Shown here piece after piece: positions 46,893 to 56,431 of a DNA stretch of 64,000 bases. The position numbers and the translations under genes were made by a program. The notes under the pieces were generated by a model that did not search any database, had not been told where the DNA came from, and worked only from the letters and a program-made list of their open reading frames with translations. Position 1 is the first letter of the stretch. Every line of letters starts with the position of its first letter. This DNA comes from Candidatus Moraniibacteriota bacterium (GTDB lineage: Bacteria; Patescibacteriota; Minisyncoccia; Moranbacterales; UBA2206), in the NCBI GenBank assembly GCA_030679995.1, contig JAUXSK010000018.1, positions 41,828-105,827 on the forward strand. Reading direction: 5' to 3'.

Positions 46893-47648
46893 ATGCGAAA
46901 AACCAAAATATTCCTGCTCTTGCTGGGCGTGCTGGCGCTGGCCGGCTGCTCGCAGGAGGAAGTGAGGCAAAATACGGTGGACAGTCCGGTTTTGAATCCG
47001 GCGGCCAATACCCAACAGATGCTGGATCTGAAAAACCAGGCCCAGCAAAATATCCAAGGATCGGTCGATAAGGAAAACGCAAGATTAAATAATACGCTTA
47101 ATGAAAACAATATGAATGATGTGGCAAACGCACTAGGGGAAAACGCAGCGCTGGTCAAAAACTATCCGCTGGCTGTAATTAAAACCAGCCTGGGAGATAT
47201 CAAAGTTAAGTTCAATGGCGACAAGACGCCGGTGACAGTGGGTAATTTTCTGAAATTGGCACAGGCCGGTTTTTACAATGACACGAAATTCCATCGGGTC
47301 ATCAAAGGCTTTATGATCCAAGGCGGCGATCCGAATTCCAAAAAAGATAACGTTTCCACTTGGGGAACGGGCGGACCAAATTATCGTTTCAATGACGAAT
47401 TGTCGGGACAGGAGAAATATCCGCAAGGCACATTGGCAATGGCTAATGCCGGACCGGATACCAACGGGTCGCAATTTTTCATCGTGACGGCCAGCCCCGA
47501 GGCGCCGTTGCCGCCGAGTTACACCGTTTTCGGTTCCGTCGTGTCCGGCTTGGATGTGGCGCTCAAGATCGAGAACGTCAAAACCGGAACCAATGACCGG
47601 CCGGCGGAGGATGTGGTGATCAAGGGTGTTGAATTGTTGGAGAAATAA
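46893..47648 (+). CDS. Cyclophilin-type peptidyl-prolyl cis-trans isomerase, a lipoprotein.
   Basis: Lipobox LLLLGVLALAGC. The cyclophilin core FHRVIKGFMIQGGDP...GTLAMANAGPDTNGSQFFI. Confidence 0.85.
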   Translation: MRKTKIFLLLLGVLALAGCSQEEVRQNTVDSPVLNPAANTQQMLDLKNQAQQNIQGSVDKENARLNNTLNENNMNDVANALGENAALVKNYPLAVIKTSLGDIKVKFNGDKTPVTVGNFLKLAQAGFYNDTKFHRVIKGFMIQGGDPNSKKDNVSTWGTGGPNYRFNDELSGQEKYPQGTLAMANAGPDTNGSQFFIVTASPEAPLPPSYTVFGSVVSGLDVALKIENVKTGTNDRPAEDVVIKGVELLEK

Positions 47649-47662
47649 GAAACTTTGTTTTC

Positions 47663-47697
47663 AAAAAAAAGCCTGCTCAAAAAGCAGGCTTTTTTGA
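47663..47697 (+). terminator. Rho-independent terminator after the PPIase gene.
   Basis: AAAAAAAAGCCTGCTCAAAAAGCAGGCTTTTTT. Confidence 0.75.
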
Positions 47698-47762
47698 TAG
47701 TAAAAATTTCAATGGGTAGAAAATAATTTGTAATATCCAGATCTTCTAGATATACTTGGTAT

Positions 47763-50465
47763 ATGAGTGAGAAATCAAAAAAACTGGTCGTCATCGACGG
47801 CAACGCGATCATCCACCGCTCGTTCCATGCTTTGCCGCCGCTTTCGACCAAATCGGGCGAGTTGGTGAACGCGGTCTATGGGTTCGCTTCGACCTTGCTT
47901 TCCGTTATTGAGAAATTCCATCCGGACTATATTTTGGCGACTTTCGATTTGGCGGCACCGACTTTTCGCCATACGGAATATGCGGAATATAAGGCGACGC
48001 GGACCAAGGCGCCGGACGAATTGTACGCGCAGATTGATCGGGTCAAGGAATTGGTGCGGGCGTTCAATATTCCGATTTATGAGAAAGAAGGGTTTGAGGC
48101 GGATGATGTGATCGGGACAGTGGTGAAGCAATCGGAAAAATTGGATGCGGGCATTGAAAACATCATCGTGACGGGCGATTTGGATACTTTGCAGTTAGTG
48201 ACAGAGAAAACGAAAGTTTATGCTTTGCGCCGCGGCATTACGGACACGGTTCTATATGGCGCGCCGGAAGTAATGGAACGTTTCGGATTGCGGCCGGATC
48301 AGATGATCGATTACAAAAGCTTGCGGGGAGACGCGTCGGACAATATTCCCGGTGTCAAAGGCATCGGCGAAAAAACCGCTACGGACCTTTTGCAAAAATA
48401 CGACACTGTGGAAAAAGTCTATGAAAACATCGCCGAGATCAAAGGCGCCGTGAAAGACAAGTTGGAAAAGGACAAGGCCCAGGCTTTCAAAAGCAAATGG
48501 CTGGCGACGATCGTTTTGGACGCGCCGGTTAAGCTGGAATTGGATAAAGCCATTACGCGAGAATTCGACCGGCCGACGATCGTGAAGCTTTTCCAGGAAT
48601 TGAATTTTTTTTCACTTATAAAAAGACTCCCGCAGGCCGATGCGAATCTACGAACGGAATCCGAATCTACGAACGGAAATGACGGGGTGAAGGATTTCAA
48701 GTTTGAATTGATCAAGGAAGATAAATTGGATGATTTCATCAAGCTTTTGGGCGGTCAATCTGAAGTGGCTTTCGCCCTATCGACGCGAGGCGGGGAGAAA
48801 TATTTTTCCAGCACGATCAAGGGTGTGGCATTTTGTTACAAGACCGGCCGAGCGGGTTATGTCGAATATTCAGAAAATAATTTTGCAAAACTGAAAAATA
48901 TTTTTGAAAATGGAAGTGTCCGGAAAACAGGCTATGATTTGAAATATGACTTGGAGGTCTTGGAAAAATACGGAATCGGTTTGCGGGGCATCGATTGGGA
49001 TGTGATGATTTCCGCGTATGTTTTGAATCCGGGCGGAAAAGTCGGGCTGGAAGATATCGTCCTGGAGGAATTGGGGGAAGAGCTGGAGCCGGCTGAAAAG
49101 AAAGGCCAATTGGGACTGGAAATCGAATCGATGGATGAGGTGGCGCAAAAGATGTGCCGGCGGGCGGATTACATTTTCAAATTGAAAAACATCTATCAGC
49201 AGAAAATCCAGGAAATCAGCGGCCAACAAAAAGGCGAGCACAATCTGAAAAATGTCTTTACGAAAATCGAAATGCCCCTAGTCGGAATTTTAGCCAAAAT
49301 TGAAATGAACGGCATCCGGCTGAACGAGGTTATTTTTGCGGGCATTTCCGTGACAATCAGCAAGCGGATTGAAAGCTTGGAAAAAAGCATCTATGGGCTG
49401 GCCGGCACGGATTTCAATATCAATTCGCCCAGGCAAGTGGCGGAAATCCTGTTTGAAACGTTGAAAATCCCGGCGGACAATATCAAGAAATTGAAAACCG
49501 GCTATTCCACGGCGTCTTCCGAATTGGAGAAATTGCGCGGGGAGCATAAAATCATCGAGAAAATCGAGGAATATCGGGAAATTTTCAAGCTGAAAACGAC
49601 CTATCTTGACACGCTTCCGAAATTGGCGGATGAAAATTCCCGCATCCACACGACATTCAACCAGGCGGTGGCCGCCACCGGCCGGCTTTCTTCATCCGAT
49701 CCGAACTTGCAGAATATCCCAATCCGGACGGATGTCGGGCAATTGTTGCGCACGGCTTTCGAAGCGGAAAAGGGTTTCCGGCTGGTGAGCGTCGACTATT
49801 CCCAGATCGATTTGCGGGTGGTGGCGCATATGTCAGGCGATAAAAATATGATTGAGGCCTTTACCAAAGGCGAAGACATCCATCGCACGACAGCTTCGAT
49901 CATCAACGGCGTTTCTTTTTCGCAGGTGACCGAAAAGATGCGAAGCAAAGCCAAGGCCTTGAATTTCGGCATCATCTATGGGATGGGTGTGTTCGGCTTC
50001 GCCGCTTCGGCTGGCATCGGACGGGAAGAGGCCAGGAAATTCATCGCGGAATATATGGAAAAATTTTCCGGCGTGGCGGAATATATGCGGAAAACCAAAG
50101 AAGAAGCCAAGAAAAACCTGTTTGTGGAAACGCAACTGGGGCGTCGGCGCTATATCCCGGAAATAAACTCCGCCAATTTCCAAGTGCAAAGCGGAGCCGA
50201 AAGGATGGCGATCAATATGCCGATCCAGGGCATGGCGGCGGACATTATGAAATTGGCGATGATCGAAGCGGAGGAATTGGTGGCGGAATATGCCGGCCAA
50301 GTCCGCACGGTCTTGCAGATACACGATGAACTTCTGTTTGAAGTCAAGGAAGAAATCGCGGAGGATTTTATGCGGAAAATAAAAACCGTAATGGAAAATG
50401 TCTACAAGCTCAAAGTCCCATTGGTAGTGGATGTGAAGGCTGGGGATAATTGGGGGGAGATGTGA
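47763..50465 (+). CDS. polA: DNA polymerase I with 5'-3' exonuclease, 3'-5' exonuclease-like and polymerase domains.
   Basis: N-terminal LVVIDGNAIIHRSFHA (FEN domain). C-terminal RRRYIPEINS...KLAMI and QIHDELLFEV polymerase motifs. Confidence 0.95.
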   Translation: MSEKSKKLVVIDGNAIIHRSFHALPPLSTKSGELVNAVYGFASTLLSVIEKFHPDYILATFDLAAPTFRHTEYAEYKATRTKAPDELYAQIDRVKELVRAFNIPIYEKEGFEADDVIGTVVKQSEKLDAGIENIIVTGDLDTLQLVTEKTKVYALRRGITDTVLYGAPEVMERFGLRPDQMIDYKSLRGDASDNIPGVKGIGEKTATDLLQKYDTVEKVYENIAEIKGAVKDKLEKDKAQAFKSKWLATIVLDAPVKLELDKAITREFDRPTIVKLFQELNFFSLIKRLPQADANLRTESESTNGNDGVKDFKFELIKEDKLDDFIKLLGGQSEVAFALSTRGGEKYFSSTIKGVAFCYKTGRAGYVEYSENNFAKLKNIFENGSVRKTGYDLKYDLEVLEKYGIGLRGIDWDVMISAYVLNPGGKVGLEDIVLEELGEELEPAEKKGQLGLEIESMDEVAQKMCRRADYIFKLKNIYQQKIQEISGQQKGEHNLKNVFTKIEMPLVGILAKIEMNGIRLNEVIFAGISVTISKRIESLEKSIYGLAGTDFNINSPRQVAEILFETLKIPADNIKKLKTGYSTASSELEKLRGEHKIIEKIEEYREIFKLKTTYLDTLPKLADENSRIHTTFNQAVAATGRLSSSDPNLQNIPIRTDVGQLLRTAFEAEKGFRLVSVDYSQIDLRVVAHMSGDKNMIEAFTKGEDIHRTTASIINGVSFSQVTEKMRSKAKALNFGIIYGMGVFGFAASAGIGREEARKFIAEYMEKFSGVAEYMRKTKEEAKKNLFVETQLGRRRYIPEINSANFQVQSGAERMAINMPIQGMAADIMKLAMIEAEELVAEYAGQVRTVLQIHDELLFEVKEEIAEDFMRKIKTVMENVYKLKVPLVVDVKAGDNWGEM

Positions 50466-50493
50466 GTCGCAATAAGAGTGATAAATTTCAGGA

Positions 50494-51390
50494 ATGATAA
50501 ATAAAAATATGTATGAGGGAGAAACAATCAAAAAGGACCAGATTGGCAACGGGAACGAGGTCGTATCGCCCGGAACCGCGGACGGACGCTGGAAGAAAAA
50601 AGAAGAATCGATAAAGTCATTCCGTCCGACTGGCAATATAATCGCGGACGCGAAAGCCTATTATGATTTGATCGGATTGAGGTATACCGGAAGCCACATC
50701 GGCGAATTATTTGAAAACAATGATGCGAAGGGTATGGCTGATCAGCTTCGATATTCCATTGGCGTAGAAGAAAAAAGTGGGTTTGAGGATATCGACCATT
50801 ATTTCGATGTGAGCCGGCAGGTTATGCAAGGTATCGTGGATGCGTATGAGGCGCAAGAGGAGAAGGAATTCAGTGTGGAAGCGGTTTCTCGTGATGAGTG
50901 GGAGAGGTTCAAACGGTTGAGACTGGAGGCTTTGAAAAAATATCCCCAAGCTTTCGGGGCTTCATACGAAGAAGAATCCGCTAAGTCGGATGAATATTGG
51001 CAGAAGAAAATAGCCGATTTCCATAAGAAAGAATCTTCTTTCTCGGTTTCGAGGATGTTTGCGGCCAAAGACAAAAATAGTAAAGAACTGATCGGTATGG
51101 GCGGATTTTTCAGAAAGGCTCCTGCGGCGGTTATGATTTCGGAGCTCTATGTCAAAAAAGAATTCCAAGGCAAGGGCGTAGGAGAATCTCTATTGAGAAA
51201 TATCATACAAGAGGCGGAAAAAGACGGACGATTCTCCCAGATTGAGCTGATAGTCAGCAAGGGTCAGAAGGAGGCGATAGGACTGTATGAAAAACTCGGT
51301 TTTAGGGTGGCCGGACAGGCAGGGGATGAAACGACCACTTTGAAAGACAGTCTTTTGATGGTCAGGCAGTTGGACAAAGTCGCCGAATAA
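50494..51390 (+). CDS. Protein with a C-terminal GNAT N-acetyltransferase domain and an N-terminal region of unknown function.
   Basis: GNAT motif A ELYVKKEFQGKGVGESLL and motif B EAIGLYEKLGFRV. The true start may be internal. Confidence 0.5.
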   Translation: MINKNMYEGETIKKDQIGNGNEVVSPGTADGRWKKKEESIKSFRPTGNIIADAKAYYDLIGLRYTGSHIGELFENNDAKGMADQLRYSIGVEEKSGFEDIDHYFDVSRQVMQGIVDAYEAQEEKEFSVEAVSRDEWERFKRLRLEALKKYPQAFGASYEEESAKSDEYWQKKIADFHKKESSFSVSRMFAAKDKNSKELIGMGGFFRKAPAAVMISELYVKKEFQGKGVGESLLRNIIQEAEKDGRFSQIELIVSKGQKEAIGLYEKLGFRVAGQAGDETTTLKDSLLMVRQLDKVAE

Positions 51391-51533
51391 ATTTTTATCT
51401 AATACGGAAGGGGCCGTTTCAGGCTCCTTTTTTTGATGGGTGGCCGGTTTTTTTGAGAGTCGTGAATTGGATGCGCAGGCGGTTTTTTTAAAAAATCTTT
51501 ATGCGACCCGGAATAAACGGCCATCAGTTGGAT

Positions 51534-51568
51534 TGACAATCGAATATGTTTGTGCTAAAATTTCTTGA
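51534..51568 (+). promoter_or_regulatory. Near-consensus sigma70 promoter upstream of the small ORF at 51644.
   Basis: TTGACA, a 17-nt spacer, then TGcTAAAAT. Confidence 0.5.
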
Positions 51569-51643
51569 TTACGAAGTGGTTTTTTAAAAAAGCTCGCCAT
51601 AATTTGGCGGAAAGAATAATTTTACTTAATAAGAGGTGTCCGT

Positions 51644-51949
51644 ATGTCAGAGGAAAGCTTGCGCTGGTTCAAGGCCAAAAGGACAAATGGTAATTGTAGC
51701 AAACCAGACAGAGATGCGGGCTTGTCCCAGTCTTGCATAAACGGAGCGGTAATGAGTAGGCAGATGAGTAAGAGCGCCGAAAGACGCTTGGCGAAGATAA
51801 AGAATCAGGGATTGTATGAAGGCTGTACGGTCCAGATGAGCAACACGGGCAAGTTGCGTGAAATTAAAAGCATCACTCATGATGGCAGAATATTGATGAA
51901 AGGTGCCGAACGGGTTTGCAGTCCCAGCGATTGCACGCTGGTTAAGTGA
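51644..51949 (+). CDS. Hypothetical small Cys-rich protein.
   Basis: Good SD AAGAGG 7 nt upstream, plus the promoter above. Confidence 0.35.
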   Translation: MSEESLRWFKAKRTNGNCSKPDRDAGLSQSCINGAVMSRQMSKSAERRLAKIKNQGLYEGCTVQMSNTGKLREIKSITHDGRILMKGAERVCSPSDCTLVK

Positions 51950-52074
51950 TATTATAAAGAGGGTAAAGGGGCTTGTGTAATTCTACGAAGCCCCTTTAAA
52001 AATGCTCGCTTTATTTTTTATAAAAAAATCACTATACTCGATACAACGTTAATTATCCCCCTAAGATCGAATTT

Positions 52075-52944
52075 ATGCCGGAATTGCCTGAGGTCCAGAC
52101 GGTCGTCTCGGATCTGAATGAAAAAATCAAAGGCGACACCATCGTCGATTTTTGGAGTGGGTGGCCGAAAGCGATCAAGGGAAAGTCCTTGGCTTTGTTC
52201 ACGAAAGAAATCGCGGAGCGGAAAATCTTGGGCGCGCGCCGGATCGGGAAAAACATCTTCATCGATCTGTCGGGTGGGAAAACTTTATATTTGCATTTGA
52301 AAATGACAGGACACTTACTGGTAAAAGTTCAAAATCCAAAATCCAAAGCCGAGGATTATTTCGCGGACAGGGTCAATCAATATATCAGGCACAGCTGGAC
52401 GTTAAAAACTAAAAACCATAAACTAAAAACCATTGAGTTTTCGGATATGCGGAAGTTCGCCAAGATCGTTTTGGATGATACGGACAGAATCGCCCAGTTG
52501 CCGGAAATCGAAGCGTTGGGGGTTGACGCGATGGATCCTGAATTCACTTGGCAAAAATTCGATGAAATCCTGGATAAGAAAAAAAACGCGCCCATCGGGA
52601 TCCTGCTGATGGATCAGTCTTTGATCGCCGGTATCGGCAACATCTATCGCAGTGAAATTCTTTTTGAAGCCGGCATCTTGCCGACTAGAAAAGCGGCGGA
52701 TATCGCAAGGGAGGAAAGGAAAAAACTCTTTCGCTCGATCGGGAAAATTTTGCGGAAAGCCGTCAAATTGCGGGGAACTTCCGATTCCGATTACCGTGAC
52801 ACCTCGGGAGCGCCGGGCGGTTACCAGAAGGTTTTGCAAGTCTATCGCAAAGCTGGTGAAAAATGTCAAAGATGTGATACAATAATCAAGCGGGCGGTTT
52901 TGGGGCAGAGAAGCGTTTTTTATTGCCCGGACTGCCAGAAGTGA
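52075..52944 (+). CDS. mutM: Formamidopyrimidine-DNA glycosylase (Fpg/MutM).
   Basis: N-terminal MPELPEVQT catalytic Pro2/Glu3, an H2TH region and a C-terminal zinc finger CQRCDTII...YYCPDCQ. Confidence 0.85.
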   Translation: MPELPEVQTVVSDLNEKIKGDTIVDFWSGWPKAIKGKSLALFTKEIAERKILGARRIGKNIFIDLSGGKTLYLHLKMTGHLLVKVQNPKSKAEDYFADRVNQYIRHSWTLKTKNHKLKTIEFSDMRKFAKIVLDDTDRIAQLPEIEALGVDAMDPEFTWQKFDEILDKKKNAPIGILLMDQSLIAGIGNIYRSEILFEAGILPTRKAADIAREERKKLFRSIGKILRKAVKLRGTSDSDYRDTSGAPGGYQKVLQVYRKAGEKCQRCDTIIKRAVLGQRSVFYCPDCQK

Positions 52945-52995
52945 ATGAGGTTTAAAAAAGCTGGAATTGTAATTTTTTAAATAAAAACAACGAGT

Positions 52996-54147
52996 ATGAA
53001 ACAAAAAGCCATTATCGCCATCATTGCGATAATCATCGTGGGCGGAGGATTTTATTTTTTCTCAGGCCCGGAGAAATCCACCAAGCAGATCGATTTGGAT
53101 ACGAAGGAGAAATCGCAGAGCTATCCGATTGTCAATGACGGACCGGTCAGTCCGGTTTCCGGACTTTCTTGTGAAAATTGGAACCGGCGGGCAGTGGCGG
53201 TTATGCAACCAGCCGATGTCCAGGCTCGGCCGGCTGCCGGATTTTCCGAGGCGGATATGGTGATCGAGATGCCGGCCTATACCGGATCGGTAACCCGTCT
53301 GATGGGAGTTTATATCTGCAACATCCCGGAGGAAATCGGCGCTATCAGGAGCTCCCGGCATGATTATATCGCCCTGGCTAAGGGGTTGGATGCGATTTTC
53401 ATCCATTGGGGAGGTTCGCATTTCGCTTTGGATCTATTGAAAGATAAAATTATCGACAGCTATGATTGTATGACCGGATCGTATTGCGAGCGCTGGGCGG
53501 TGAGCGGGAAGATGCGCTTGGAGGACACCGGGCACATCACGAAAGCGAACGTGCTCAAGATGATCGAGAATTTCAAATATCGCACGGAAAACAAATTTGC
53601 CGGTTATGCGCATCAGGGCGAGGCACCGCTGGACCAACGGCCGGAGAAAGGCCATTTGCGGGTATCCTTCAAAGATCCATATGACGTTTCATTTGATTAT
53701 GATAAGCAGACGAATACGTATTTGAGGACTTGGAATGACGAAGCGGACACTGATCGCAACAATAAACAAAGGATAGCGCCGAAAAACGTGGTTGTCCTGA
53801 CGGCCCAGTCGGAGCAGATCACATTGGATCAGAATTATGTCGGACAAGGTTTGCAGGATCCTTGGAAAAATGTCGAGGAAATCAAGAAAACCGGAGTCGA
53901 GAGTATCAGCGGCCGCTACAATAATATGCAGATCGGGGATCCATGGTATGATTCGGTCGATTCCGGCGAAGCGCATTATTATATGAATGGTCAGGAAGTG
54001 ATCGGCACTTGGAAAAAAGATAAATCGAGTTTGGATAGCAAGTTGTTTTTCTATGATCAATCCGGTCAAGAAATAAAATTCGTACCTGGACAAATCTGGG
54101 TGGATATATTGCAGCCAGGGCAGGTGTTGCGTTGGACGGTCGACTAA
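52996..54147 (+). CDS. DUF3048 (YerB-like) membrane-anchored protein.
   Basis: N-terminal TM helix. RPAAGFSEADMVIEMPAYTGSVTRLMGVY resembles the DUF3048 N-domain. Confidence 0.55.
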   Translation: MKQKAIIAIIAIIIVGGGFYFFSGPEKSTKQIDLDTKEKSQSYPIVNDGPVSPVSGLSCENWNRRAVAVMQPADVQARPAAGFSEADMVIEMPAYTGSVTRLMGVYICNIPEEIGAIRSSRHDYIALAKGLDAIFIHWGGSHFALDLLKDKIIDSYDCMTGSYCERWAVSGKMRLEDTGHITKANVLKMIENFKYRTENKFAGYAHQGEAPLDQRPEKGHLRVSFKDPYDVSFDYDKQTNTYLRTWNDEADTDRNNKQRIAPKNVVVLTAQSEQITLDQNYVGQGLQDPWKNVEEIKKTGVESISGRYNNMQIGDPWYDSVDSGEAHYYMNGQEVIGTWKKDKSSLDSKLFFYDQSGQEIKFVPGQIWVDILQPGQVLRWTVD

Positions 54148-54154
54148 AAAACTT

Positions 54155-54187
54155 CAAAAAATCCCCTGGAAAGGGGATTTTTTTTAT
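54155..54187 (+). terminator. Rho-independent terminator after the DUF3048 gene.
   Basis: AAAAAATCCCCTGGAAAGGGGATTTTTTTT. Confidence 0.75.
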
Positions 54188-54212
54188 CCTAGGGATATGC
54201 TAGAATGGTTCT

Positions 54213-55181
54213 ATGATACTTTTTCTTTATGGCGAGGATCCATTCCGATCCCGTCAAAAATTAGCGGAAATAAAAAAAAGATTCCTGGTTTCCGACGCGT
54301 CCGGATCGGGACTGTCTATTTTCAATTGGACGGAAAAAAATTCCAAATATCGGTTGTTGGACGTGCTGGGCACTTCCAATCTTTTGGCGCCCAAAAGATT
54401 GGTTATCGTGCGGGATATGCTGGAAGTGGCGACGGACAGTGAGAAAGACGAGTTGATCGCTTATCTGAAAAAATATGAAAAACAGATCCAGGCCGATCAG
54501 GATTTGGTGGTTATTTTTTGGGAAGACGGCCAGCCGAAGAAAAACGGCAAATTATATAAAGCGCTCTTTAAGATAGCCAAATCCCAGAATTTTGAAAGAT
54601 TGTCCGGAGGCAAATTGGACCAGTGGCTTGCGCAACGGATAAAAGAGTTGGATCCGACCGGCGGTATTTCGGGGGCGGCTTTGGAAAAGCTGATCCTATT
54701 CGCAGGCAGCGATACGGATTATTTGGATAAGGAATTGCAAAAACTCGTCAATTTTGCCGACGGACGGATTATCCAGGCGGATGATGTGGAGCTTCTGGTG
54801 CGGGCGAATTCGGATGCCAATATCTTTGATACGATCGATGCGTTAAGCGCGAATAATAAAAAAAAAGCTTTGCGCCTGGTGCAGGAGCATCTTAAAAAAG
54901 GCGACGATCCTTTCTATGTTTTTTCGATGTATGTCTACCAATTCAGGAATATTTTGAAAGTGGCCGATTTGGATGGACAATATCACGGCAATGATTATGC
55001 GATCGCCAAGGCCAGCGGTTTGCATCCTTTCGTGGTGAAAAAAAGTCTGAGCCAAGTGCGGAATTTTCCTATGCCGAAGCTCAAGGAGATTTATCAGAAA
55101 TTAAGCGATTTGGACACCCGGATCAAAACCGGCCAAATCGATATCCGGGTGGCGCTGGATAAGTTTATTGTGGAATTGTAA
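54213..55181 (+). CDS. holA: DNA polymerase III delta subunit.
   Basis: N-terminal MILFLYGEDPFRSRQKLAEIKKRF. Length and helical C-terminus are typical. Confidence 0.75.
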   Translation: MILFLYGEDPFRSRQKLAEIKKRFLVSDASGSGLSIFNWTEKNSKYRLLDVLGTSNLLAPKRLVIVRDMLEVATDSEKDELIAYLKKYEKQIQADQDLVVIFWEDGQPKKNGKLYKALFKIAKSQNFERLSGGKLDQWLAQRIKELDPTGGISGAALEKLILFAGSDTDYLDKELQKLVNFADGRIIQADDVELLVRANSDANIFDTIDALSANNKKKALRLVQEHLKKGDDPFYVFSMYVYQFRNILKVADLDGQYHGNDYAIAKASGLHPFVVKKSLSQVRNFPMPKLKEIYQKLSDLDTRIKTGQIDIRVALDKFIVEL

Positions 55182-55406
55182 TTGCAATGCGTTACTTTCT
55201 TTTGGCAGCAAAAGAAAGTAACCAAAAAAAACTGCCGGCACCGGGCTTGTGCTGTCTAGATTCTCAGCTTACTCGCTAAAATTCCCGAAAAGGCTAAAAA
55301 AGATTGTTAGCAGGTAATTTTTTAACGCTCATGCGCTGAAATTTACCTGCCGGCCGGTAGGCGGGGAAACGCACTACGCCAAGGTGCGGAATATTTTTTA
55401 AACAAA

Positions 55407-55432
55407 CAAAAAACACCTTTCGGTGTTTTTTA
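55407..55432. terminator. Bidirectional terminator serving rpsT on the minus strand.
   Basis: AAAAAACACCTTTCGGTGTTTTTT. Confidence 0.7.
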
Positions 55433-55444
55433 AGTTTGTGAAGA

Positions 55445-55717
55445 TTATTTCTTGATTGCGATCGCTTTGACTTTCTTGTTGAGTCTGGATTTCTTGCGGG
55501 CGGCCGTATTTTTACTGATAACTTCTTTCTGGGCAGCCTTATCAAGTGATTGGAAAGCTTTTTTGGCCCATTCTTGGGCTGTCTTGGCGTCATTTTTGGC
55601 TATGGCTTCGGTAGCTTTTTTGATAGCGCTCCGGAAAAGACCCTTAATCCGCTTGTTTATCTCGGTCTTCCTGTCGGTGACGCGCATGTATTTCTTGGCT
55701 GATGCTTTGATTGGCAT
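55445..55717 (-). CDS. rpsT: 30S ribosomal protein S20.
   Basis: MPIKASAKKYMRVTDRKTEINKRIKGLFRSAIKKA is a classic S20 N-terminus. Confidence 0.85.
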   Translation of the reverse strand: MPIKASAKKYMRVTDRKTEINKRIKGLFRSAIKKATEAIAKNDAKTAQEWAKKAFQSLDKAAQKEVISKNTAARKKSRLNKKVKAIAIKK

Positions 55718-55832
55718 ATTGTTTTCTTAAGTTAATTCCTTTTAGTTACCTAGTATTTTTAGCACAGTCTGGGAATTTATGCAAGGATTTATTGGAAAAA
55801 CCGCGCGGAGATGTTAGAATGGCAACATACAT

Positions 55833-56405
55833 ATGATAGCTAAGATCAAAGGTAAAATAGAATACAGCAAGGATCGGTTCGTAGTGGTGGATGTCAACGG
55901 CGTGGGTTATAAAGTCCATTTGACGAGCTATGCGCTGGGTAAGATCGCCGGGATGGAACAGGTCGATTTTTTCGTGCATACGTCCGTCCGGGAAGACGCT
56001 CTTGATCTATTTGGCTTTCTGACTTTGGAGGAATTGGATATGTTTGAACTTTTGATTTCCATCTCAGGTATCGGACCCAAAGCCGGCTTGGGCATCCTTT
56101 CCATCGCTACGCCTAAAACCATCAAAACCGCTATTTTGAACGAGGATTCTTCCATCCTGACCAAAGTGTCGGGAGTGGGTAAAAAAACCGCTGAGAGGGT
56201 CATTTTAGAGCTCAGGAACAAGGTGGCCGACCTGGCAGTCGGAGAGAAGGAAGAAGCGGTCTCTGATTCTGACGCGATCGAAGCTTTGATTTCGATGGGA
56301 TATTCCGTGACCGAGGCGCGCGACGCCTTGAAATTGGTGCCGAAGGATATTGCGGATATCGGCCAAAGGGTCAGTGCGGCTTTAAGGAGTTTGGGCAAAA
56401 AATAA
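55833..56405 (+). CDS. ruvA: Holliday junction DNA helicase RuvA.
   Basis: MIAKIKGKIEYSKDRFVVVDVNGVGYKVHLT OB-fold N-terminus, plus two HhH motifs. Confidence 0.9.
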   Translation: MIAKIKGKIEYSKDRFVVVDVNGVGYKVHLTSYALGKIAGMEQVDFFVHTSVREDALDLFGFLTLEELDMFELLISISGIGPKAGLGILSIATPKTIKTAILNEDSSILTKVSGVGKKTAERVILELRNKVADLAVGEKEEAVSDSDAIEALISMGYSVTEARDALKLVPKDIADIGQRVSAALRSLGKK

Positions 56406-56431
56406 AATAAACCATAAGAACCAATCATATT

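Noticed and set aside
55294-55593. 99-aa minus-strand ORF overlapping rpsT.
   Set aside because: Out-of-frame overlap with a clear S20 gene, and its basic composition is an artefact of the S20 coding strand.
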